From the NCBI GenBank assembly GCA_965225765.1, contig CBDDBO010000002.1, forward strand, positions 1,875,712-1,899,711: a DNA stretch of 24,000 bases, in the 5' to 3' direction. The position numbers were made by a program, and so were the translations under genes. Below are positions 1 to 7,176 of the stretch, piece by piece. The notes below the pieces were generated by a model, which had not been told where the DNA came from, made no database searches, and saw only the letters and a list, made by a program, of their open reading frames with translations. Position 1 is the first letter of the stretch; each line of letters starts with the position of its first letter. Source of the DNA: Pseudomonadales bacterium. GTDB lineage: Bacteria; Pseudomonadota; Gammaproteobacteria; Pseudomonadales; DT-91.

Positions 1-1232
1 TTAATTTCTTCTTCGGTTGGCTCAATGCCCTCTTCGGCAGTAAGAGCATTGACGAGCCGATTATTGAGTGCGCTAACCGCCGCCCCTGGCGATGAAGATA
101 TACAGCGTAATAAACCTAAGGCCGCCCACCATTTAAGCCTCTCTTTAAAAGTACCTGACTCTTCACTTTCTACCAATTCTTTGGCGTAACGCATGATGTC
201 ATTAAAGAGTGTTTGCCAATCGCCTGTTAGCTTATAAGTCACTTCTGTGGTGAGTTTTTCGGGGAAGGTATCGGTTTGCCACTCCTCGATATTAGCGCGT
301 TTACGCTGAATAAGGTGATTGTTAAGTTTTGCTCTTAATGGGTGCTTGGTATCTTCAACCCCCTGTAATTGCTTGAACTCTTCATCGAGCAGTGAGAGCA
401 AATTGTAGTAAGCCTCGTCTTTACCGCTGTGAGGCGTTGCCGTTAATAACAGCATGTGGCGATCGCTATCTTGCGATAATTCTTTAAGCACCTCAAAACG
501 CAATTGCCTGCCCTGCCCACTGTGCGAACAGGTATGGGCTTCATCAACCACCACAAATTCAGGGCATTGCTCCACAAAAGCATCACGGCGATTTTTGTTT
601 TTAATAAAATCGAGCGATACCACCGTAAACGGGTATTCGGTAAAGATAGAGCTGCCTGCAGGCAGGCCACGCTCTAACCGTTCTGCTGTGGCTGTACGAA
701 CAATCTCTGCATGAATATGAAAGCAATGATTAAGCTCTTGCTGCCACTGCTCGCACAGATGAGGTGGACACAGTACAGTAAACTGTTTGATCTCGCCTCT
801 ATCAAGCACCTCTCGTGCAATAAGGCCTGCCTCGATGGTTTTACCAATCCCGACATCATCGGCAATTAATAAGCGAATGGTGTCTTGCTTGAGTGCCATC
901 ATAAGTGGCACTAACTGATAGGCCCTTGGCTCAACCGCAATATTACCAAAGCTGCGAAAAGGGCCAGCGCCTGCACGCAAACTCATCATTAAGGCATCGC
1001 GCAATAATACGCCTGCGGATTGCAGCCCGATTTTTTTAGGGTTAGGCGCTGGAAATGTTGCATGGGTAATGGGCGCAGGTTCTAAATCTGGCAAGATGAG
1101 GGTTGGCGCTTCTTCACCGCCACCGAGTGGCCTTAAAAACAATGCATCCTTCTTGCTTTCGGGTAACACCACCCATTCCCTGCCACGCGCGTTGACTATG
1201 GCTCCAGGGTTAAACGCTTTCACTGAACTCAT
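1..1232 (-). CDS. SNF2-family (DrmD/RapA-like) helicase, N-terminal ~410 aa only; the 3' end runs off the left edge
   Basis: It is absent from the ORF track because no stop lies in the window. My own translation from ATG 1232..1230 gives MSSVKAFNPGAIVNARGREWVVLPESKKDALFLRPLGGGEEAP...TIRLLIADDVGIGKTIEAGLIAREVL (motif I, nt ~843-870), ...CPEFVVVDEAHTCS (DEAH motif II, nt ~534-554) and ...HMLLLTATPHSGK (motif III). The frame stays open to nt 1. The ATG overlaps the TGA of the upstream gene. Confidence 0.85.
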   Translation of the reverse strand, partial: MSSVKAFNPGAIVNARGREWVVLPESKKDALFLRPLGGGEEAPTLILPDLEPAPITHATFPAPNPKKIGLQSAGVLLRDALMMSLRAGAGPFRSFGNIAVEPRAYQLVPLMMALKQDTIRLLIADDVGIGKTIEAGLIAREVLDRGEIKQFTVLCPPHLCEQWQQELNHCFHIHAEIVRTATAERLERGLPAGSSIFTEYPFTVVSLDFIKNKNRRDAFVEQCPEFVVVDEAHTCSHSGQGRQLRFEVLKELSQDSDRHMLLLTATPHSGKDEAYYNLLSLLDEEFKQLQGVEDTKHPLRAKLNNHLIQRKRANIEEWQTDTFPEKLTTEVTYKLTGDWQTLFNDIMRYAKELVESEESGTFKERLKWWAALGLLRCISSSPGAAVSALNNRLVNALTAEEGIEPTEEEI

Positions 1233-4200
1233 GCCGTGGGTGCTCCAAAAATATCTGGGTAGGTTTTTATTATGTCAGGCCAAGTGGATTGATCTTTACT
1301 AAAGCGAATCACAATCAAGCCTGCATCTTCGAGCTGCTGCGTAATGGCTTCATCAATTTTTTGCTGCTTTGGTTTTTCGTGATGCGGCCCATCAATATAA
1401 ATCACGGCCTGATGCTCTTTGTAGGTGAAATCTGGCCGTGTTTGAAATTGCTCTATGGTCACTTGTGCATCACTGGGTAAATGATGACCGTGCTTTTCTA
1501 AATAATTAAGAAAAGCTTTTTCTAATGATGAATCTGACAGGTTGCCTAATTCTTCAGCCTGCTCTTTTTGCGTGCGTCCTTCGGATGAAGATTGCACAGT
1601 AGATTCACGCAGTTTAATCAACAATCGCTGAAATTCTGGGTTGGTGCGATCAATCAATTCATGATCGATTTGATTGTAATAACTTAACAAGCAGCGGTAA
1701 CAGGCCGCTGAGCAGTCTTCGTTGTTATTATGAAGGGCTTTATCGTCATCAATCGTAAAATGACACAGACTAATGGCTCGCTCTACCACGCGTTTAAAGG
1801 CGGTTTTATCATTCACTAAGCGAGTGAGTACGCCTGCACCGCCCTCTGCCGATTCATAATACAAAATGCCCTGCCTGTTCTCTCGGGTGGGCAATGGCTC
1901 TGCGATCAGCTCTGACTCTTCTATTTGAAACTCTTCTTCTATGCCGCGTTTCAACGCAAATTGCAGCGTGGTGAGTGTGTCATCTTCTAAGTGGGTTGCA
2001 GGCCTTAAGATTAAAATATTGCGTCTGTCTTCGGCATAAGGCGTGACTCGCTCAATATAACTGTCATCGGCTTTATCAATCTGATCGTTTACCTCTTTTG
2101 AGGCTTGCTCATCGTTAGTCCACGCCCCTGAGGTTGCATTAATATTAAACCCGAAAATGGCTTTATCCTTACGGCGACGCCAGCCTAAATTAATGCGCCA
2201 AACGGTTGCTGCTGGGGCATATTGCAGTGTTAATAAGCTGTTATCTTGCTTATCTTTGATTTCGGCATTAAATACGCGCATCGCCCCATCTTGCTTAGCA
2301 AACTGATAGGTGGTTTGCATGTCATAGCCTTGCCGTTGGCGCTCTTCTTCCTCGCAGGTTATGCGCGTCACTTTGCGTGTATTGACGTTATCAATTCGAT
2401 ACAGGGTTTTGATGGATTGCCCTTCTTCCAAAAGTGTGCCGCAAGCAACACACAGCTCCTGATCAAGCTGTTCCCTAAAATGACCATAACCACAAGCCGG
2501 GCACAATCTTGCTTCATCTTTTGGTAAGCCTTGATCTGTCGAGTCATCTTGGTTGCGTGCATTCATCATGACTTTTTCGACGCGATATTGTGCGCCCTCA
2601 TGATAAATCAAACTCATTGGGCCAAACTCTGAAATAGCCAAAAACCTTGCTCTTGAAACAAAACTATCTGAACCTGACTTTTCTCTGCGCCCGCCGATAT
2701 ATGCCATCAACGGCAACCTTGGAAAATTGTAGCCTGGCAAAAATCCTTGGCTTGCCAAATATCGGTAAGTACCAAAATCGGATTGATGGGATGATTCCGA
2801 TTTAAGTAATTCAATCTGACGAATGGCTTCTTGATAGCGTCTGTTTGCCGTTTTCTTTTCTCGATCTGAATGCGCATGACTAACATTCACTAAGTGCGCT
2901 TTGTCCCGCTGCTCACAAGCTGACAGATAAAGATCACGCCAACGCTGAAAAGAGGCATTAAACTCTTGGTAACTACTGTTTACTTTTCGCTCTAACCAAA
3001 GCCTTGCGCCTTCTTTGACTGGTACAGCATCGGATAACCAAATCCCTTTAGCGTCTTCTAGTTCCTGCTCAAGCATACCAAGCAGTACCTCGCCTCGCTT
3101 GAGTGTTTTTGCAATTACCTTTGGGGTATCCATCTCTTCTTTATAATCATTGGATACTGGCAGCTTATCTTTCTCCATATCAAGCAGTTCATTAACACCA
3201 GAGGGTAATTTTTTACGGGTTTCATTTAGCCAAATAGCATGGAGGTGACTAGAGACTAGATCTTCATTGGCTAAATCCAAGGTGGGAGGGCTAACATGAC
3301 CATGTACCATTCGCGCAGGGTCTGAAAAAAAGTATTGATCATGCGAACTAAAGGCAGAACAGTAAGTTAATACCAACGCAGGTTGACCTGAACGCCCTGC
3401 ACGCCCTGATCGCTGCGCATAATTGGCAGGTGTCGGCGGCACATTGCGCATATACACGGTGTTAAGTAATTTGATATCAACACCTAACTCCATGGTAGGC
3501 GAACAAAATAAGGTTTTAAGCTTGGCTTCTTTAAACTCGTTTTCGCGCTCTTCTCGAATATCTGATGGGACTTGTGCGGTATGCTCCCGTGCTTTTAATT
3601 CAAAAAGGGAGTGATCACCTTTTAGTAAATCCGCCACCGATTGATAAAGGGAGGTAAAATAGGCATTATCTGTATGGTATTTATCTGCAAGCGCTTTGTC
3701 ATCTTTGCCAGTACCTGACTTCCATTGAAGGCACTCGCCAACTATTTGATAACCTTCGACTTGCTTAGTGACATTTTCTTTTCTGACGATGTCATAGGAT
3801 TCTAGTGCCTGCATCAAACTGCTAATCAAGTTTACATAAACATCATCACCCATTTTTTCAGGGAATAAATAGCGGTCACTACCCCATATATCTTCGCTTT
3901 TGAGTAGCCGTGCTAATTGTGAGCGACTTGATCCTGAAACTAGCTGCAAATCTTTTTTGACGTTTTTAGGCTTCGGTTCCGTTAAGAAATACTGCGAATG
4001 CTCAAGTTTATCTTCTAAAATCCAAGGATCTTTTAAAAAGCTGCCACTTTGAAGCCTAAATGATTCCTGTTTTTCGGCATCTAAATATTCACTTTTAATA
4101 CACAAACCGCGTCGCATCGTATCTAACACGACTTTTAATGCGCTGTATCGATGCTCAGGTTTCGCTTGAGCTAACTCATAACTAGGCAAACCCCGCCATT

Positions 4201-6451
4201 GAGATTCGTTTTTGGCTAGTTCTTTTAATCCATCATAATCAACGGCTAGCAACCCTAACTGTTCAAGATTGGGGTTATTAAAGCGCCAGCCTTTTCGTAG
4301 ATCACGATAAAGGCTGTAAGCGATAACCTTGCGAATGGCTTCTATGGCTTTTTTTCTACCGGGGCCTTGTGCAGTAGGGTTATCCATAAACTCTTCTGGC
4401 TTGTTATCAAAAGCCAGTGCGTTATAAACAGATTGGGACAGGTTACTATCAGTCAAAAAACCTTCTTCTGACTGCTTAACCGCCGACAAAAGTGCTGAGC
4501 GCAAAATAAGCACTTGAACAAAGTCGTTGTAGTGCCCTGCTTGCAACGAAGCGTCTTGCCGATTGTCAGTAAACCCCAAGAGTTTCTTGGCATCATCTTC
4601 AAGATCCGTTTCACGCTCTAACATATACCTAAGCGCTGATATCGCAAGTACCGTCGTTGCGGACGAGCGACCCTCCCCCGTCAAGGAGGTTAATCTGTTT
4701 CCATCTCGGCCTCTAGCCTGATAACTGACACCACAATGCAAACAAAAGCGAAAATTTCCTGGCAAGAACCAACCATGCACGTTTTTATGGCTGACTTTAC
4801 CTTGTGAGCAGACACCCATAGAACGTGGTTTATAGGCCTTATAATTCCGCTTTAATTGATAGTCCCCTTTTTTAAACTCAATCCAATTTTCTGGGTAGCT
4901 TTTTGGATCTTCATCATTCCACTTTTTGTCTTTATCAAACATAAAAAAGCCAAAGTGATCTGTATCTTCATTATCCGTCTCACTAATATCTCTTGGCTCT
5001 AATGTTAATTCGCCATCGTTTTTTTCATGCCAGACAGGATAGTAGTCTTGCCCGCATTGGCGGCAGAAGTGCACACTGAATAATTTTTCTTGTTTTTCTA
5101 GGCTTTTTGGATTGTAGATTTGACCACTTAAATCAAAAACGCGTTTATTCTCAGGAGATAAGGTAGAGTAGATATTATCGGCTGCCGAGATAAACTGATG
5201 CACCCTAAACGCAAATAGCGGCTTACCTTTTTCATCTCTGGTGTTATAAGCTGTGAGCAAAAATTGCTGTAAGTAGGCTTTACATATTCCCTGATCTACG
5301 CCTGTCTGTTCCGTCAACAATTTCGCTGCACTCATCAAGCTTTGCGGCTTGGCTCGAATATAGTTACCTTCTTCTTTGTTTAGCCCTAAGGTCAACTCAA
5401 CCCAGATTGATAATGGGTGCTCTCTGAGTGCTTTAAAATCTAATTCGCCAGGCTTTGGTGCTGGCTTCTTTAAACATTTAGTTAATAACTTGTTGGATTG
5501 GGCAACCTCTCCTTCCGTCTGCCGCTGCAACAACTCAGTAATAATATTGTCAGGGTTAACATCTGCGCCAAAGAGTTTTGATGCGACATCTGCTACCGCT
5601 TTCTTTTTGGCAAATTGTGAGCCTTCGCTTGCCATGGTTGCTGAGGTTCCCACACAGAGTACATCTGGGTTTAAAAATTCTCTTACGCGCCTAACCAATA
5701 GCGCAACATCTGCCCCTTGACGACCTCTGTAGGTATGCAGCTCATCCAACACAAGAAAATCAAGCCCTTTAGCTGAAGCAATAACTTTTCTGTCAATTAC
5801 ATCTTGTCTTGTCATCAACAGCTCAAGCATCATGAAGTTAGTCAAGATGATATCGGGGGGATTTTTAGCCATGGCACGACGCTGAGTGTCACTTTCCTGA
5901 CCGGTATAACGACCAAAGGTCACAGGCTTACTCTCACCAAACGAACCTAAAAACTTCTCTAACTCATCCGCTTGAGAATTAACCAAGGCATTCATTGGAT
6001 AAATAATGATCGCCTTAATGGAGGCTTTAGGGGAAGATTGTTTCGCTTTTAGAATGGAATCGACAATGGGAAGAATATAAGATAGTGACTTACCCGAACC
6101 TGTACCTGTCGTTAAAACATAGCTTTGCTTAGTTTGAGCGACTTTAATCGCTTTCTCTTGATGGTGATAAAGCTTGGCGGGAACACCTAATTTACCACCT
6201 TCTAGGTTTTTGTCGAATCGAAAGATATCTGCACAGCTGGAGTGCAACTCACCCTGCCTGACTAGATCTTCAACATCATAACTCTGAACAAAGGATGGGT
6301 TTAACTGTATGAGTGGATCAGGCCAAAATTTTCCATCAGCGTATTGTGAGCCAACAAACTGCTTTATATCCTCTGCCTTTATTTTGGTAAAACTGGTAGT
6401 GAATTTGCTGTAGTCTGCAATCACAGAATTACGATAATCAAAAACGTCCAC
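1229..6451 (-). CDS. Giant fused SF2 (DEXH) helicase, Zn-ribbon insert, DUF1998/MrfA-type Zn domain and C-terminal Vsr/DUF559-like endonuclease (1740 aa)
   Basis: Track ORF with a GTG start at 6451 preceded by AGGAAGG. Helicase motifs: Walker A GTGSGKS (K121), DELH (236-239), SAT (270-272) and motif VI QRSGRAGR (1013-1020). There are CxxC pairs at 463/466 and 570/573. DUF1998 signatures: YLASQGFLPGYNFP, CPAC/CVAC (1317-1337), ESAEGGAG and C-x3-CYRCLLSYYNQ (1580-1593). The tail TRPDFTYKEHQAVIYIDGPHHE (1671-1692) resembles the Vsr/DUF559 core. Confidence 0.9.
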   Translation of the reverse strand: MDVFDYRNSVIADYSKFTTSFTKIKAEDIKQFVGSQYADGKFWPDPLIQLNPSFVQSYDVEDLVRQGELHSSCADIFRFDKNLEGGKLGVPAKLYHHQEKAIKVAQTKQSYVLTTGTGSGKSLSYILPIVDSILKAKQSSPKASIKAIIIYPMNALVNSQADELEKFLGSFGESKPVTFGRYTGQESDTQRRAMAKNPPDIILTNFMMLELLMTRQDVIDRKVIASAKGLDFLVLDELHTYRGRQGADVALLVRRVREFLNPDVLCVGTSATMASEGSQFAKKKAVADVASKLFGADVNPDNIITELLQRQTEGEVAQSNKLLTKCLKKPAPKPGELDFKALREHPLSIWVELTLGLNKEEGNYIRAKPQSLMSAAKLLTEQTGVDQGICKAYLQQFLLTAYNTRDEKGKPLFAFRVHQFISAADNIYSTLSPENKRVFDLSGQIYNPKSLEKQEKLFSVHFCRQCGQDYYPVWHEKNDGELTLEPRDISETDNEDTDHFGFFMFDKDKKWNDEDPKSYPENWIEFKKGDYQLKRNYKAYKPRSMGVCSQGKVSHKNVHGWFLPGNFRFCLHCGVSYQARGRDGNRLTSLTGEGRSSATTVLAISALRYMLERETDLEDDAKKLLGFTDNRQDASLQAGHYNDFVQVLILRSALLSAVKQSEEGFLTDSNLSQSVYNALAFDNKPEEFMDNPTAQGPGRKKAIEAIRKVIAYSLYRDLRKGWRFNNPNLEQLGLLAVDYDGLKELAKNESQWRGLPSYELAQAKPEHRYSALKVVLDTMRRGLCIKSEYLDAEKQESFRLQSGSFLKDPWILEDKLEHSQYFLTEPKPKNVKKDLQLVSGSSRSQLARLLKSEDIWGSDRYLFPEKMGDDVYVNLISSLMQALESYDIVRKENVTKQVEGYQIVGECLQWKSGTGKDDKALADKYHTDNAYFTSLYQSVADLLKGDHSLFELKAREHTAQVPSDIREERENEFKEAKLKTLFCSPTMELGVDIKLLNTVYMRNVPPTPANYAQRSGRAGRSGQPALVLTYCSAFSSHDQYFFSDPARMVHGHVSPPTLDLANEDLVSSHLHAIWLNETRKKLPSGVNELLDMEKDKLPVSNDYKEEMDTPKVIAKTLKRGEVLLGMLEQELEDAKGIWLSDAVPVKEGARLWLERKVNSSYQEFNASFQRWRDLYLSACEQRDKAHLVNVSHAHSDREKKTANRRYQEAIRQIELLKSESSHQSDFGTYRYLASQGFLPGYNFPRLPLMAYIGGRREKSGSDSFVSRARFLAISEFGPMSLIYHEGAQYRVEKVMMNARNQDDSTDQGLPKDEARLCPACGYGHFREQLDQELCVACGTLLEEGQSIKTLYRIDNVNTRKVTRITCEEEERQRQGYDMQTTYQFAKQDGAMRVFNAEIKDKQDNSLLTLQYAPAATVWRINLGWRRRKDKAIFGFNINATSGAWTNDEQASKEVNDQIDKADDSYIERVTPYAEDRRNILILRPATHLEDDTLTTLQFALKRGIEEEFQIEESELIAEPLPTRENRQGILYYESAEGGAGVLTRLVNDKTAFKRVVERAISLCHFTIDDDKALHNNNEDCSAACYRCLLSYYNQIDHELIDRTNPEFQRLLIKLRESTVQSSSEGRTQKEQAEELGNLSDSSLEKAFLNYLEKHGHHLPSDAQVTIEQFQTRPDFTYKEHQAVIYIDGPHHEKPKQQKIDEAITQQLEDAGLIVIRFSKDQSTWPDIIKTYPDIFGAPTA

Positions 6452-6485
6452 CTAACCTTCCTAGTACTTTATCAACAACACTCCA

Positions 6486-6514
6486 TTGATACACGTTTCT
6501 AATTATAAAGACAA
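6486..6514 (-). promoter_or_regulatory. Candidate sigma70 promoter directly upstream of the giant helicase gene
   Basis: On the - strand: TTGTCT (6514..6509), a 17-nt spacer, then TATCAA (6491..6486), with an embedded TATAAT. It sits in the 108-nt gap between the RHH stop and the helicase GTG. Pattern match only. Confidence 0.3.
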
Positions 6515-6559
6515 ATAAAATGACGGCCTATTTTGCTCCTAGCGCCTGAACGAAAGCGA

Positions 6560-6736
6560 TTACTCTCTAATTAATGGTAGATATACTTCGAGGGCATTTT
6601 GTACAATTCTGCTAACAGTTGCATTATCACTTTTTAATTTTTTATTTTTAAAAGCAATATCTTGAAGCTCATCGATCATTTCGACATCTAAACTAATTGA
6701 CGTGGCTTTCATTTTTTTTGTTCTATTATCATTCAT
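6560..6736 (-). CDS. Ribbon-helix-helix (CopG/Arc-like) small DNA-binding protein, 58 aa (below the ORF-track cutoff)
   Basis: Hand translation: MNDNRTKKMKATSISLDVEMIDELQDIAFKNKKLKSDNATVSRIVQNALEVYLPLIRE*. The pattern of a basic N-terminus, a beta-strand (KATSISL) and two helices is typical of RHH proteins. There is no clear SD, and Met9 is an alternative start. Confidence 0.5.
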   Translation of the reverse strand: MNDNRTKKMKATSISLDVEMIDELQDIAFKNKKLKSDNATVSRIVQNALEVYLPLIRE

Positions 6737-6753
6737 ATTGCTAACGTTAATCT

Positions 6754-6771
6754 TTAACTTTTTTAAGTTAA
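6754..6771. promoter_or_regulatory. Palindrome TTAACTT-tttt-AAGTTAA, candidate RHH operator
   Basis: Perfect 7-bp arms with a 4-nt spacer, 18 nt upstream of the RHH ATG. On the - strand it lies just downstream of a TTGAGC -35-like hexamer. Confidence 0.35.
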
Positions 6772-6833
6772 GCTCAAGCTCGCTGTACAGCTTTAATTTA
6801 GATTATTAGTTAATAATAGCCTCTAGACTGATC

Positions 6834-6861
6834 AAAAAACAGGCACCCCCTCACATCCTGT
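6834..6861 (-). terminator. Weak Rho-independent terminator candidate
   Basis: On the - strand: ACAGG-13 nt-CCTGT followed by TTTTTT. The stem is short (5 bp). It would separate the upstream small-ORF unit from the RHH/helicase unit. Confidence 0.3.
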
Positions 6862-7176
6862 AACGAAGAAAATAAAACTTAACAAAACAAGAAGCTCCTA
6901 CATCTCAAACGTAGTAGTGCCATCACCTTGAACACAATTACCACAACTACGGTAATTAATTTTACTAAAACAGCTAGTCGAGTTAACAGAGGAAACGGCG
7001 CTACTTTCAATCTAACATTGATAATCGTGAAGTAACTTAAGCTCTCACTGGCTCACAATGAACTAACGAACAAAGTCGCTCTAGCCTACGCTATTCATTT
7101 AGCTGCCCTATTTCTTGATAAACCTCGGCCAAAAGCCTTATCGCTTCTTCTACCTTCTGATTACAGCCTGCTTTCA

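Noticed and set aside
443-1302. Track ORFs 443..670(-), 454..714(+), 674..865(-) and 1069..1302(+)
   Set aside because: They lie inside or opposite the SNF2 reading frame, which has clear helicase motifs. They have no motifs of their own, so I treat them as off-frame or antisense shadows.
1289-5720. Track ORFs 1289..1480(+), 2246..2527(+), 2368..2562(-), 3423..3614(+) and 5376..5720(+)
   Set aside because: All are embedded in the 1740-aa gene on the opposite strand or in another frame. Their sequences are low-complexity and carry no family signatures.
1-6451. Calling the operon a bona fide DISARM (or Druantia) system
   Set aside because: No methyltransferase, PLD-domain gene, DrmE or DruA-D/H equivalents are visible in the window. 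The helicase and DUF1998 parts are fused and carry a different nuclease. Only a resemblance can be claimed.
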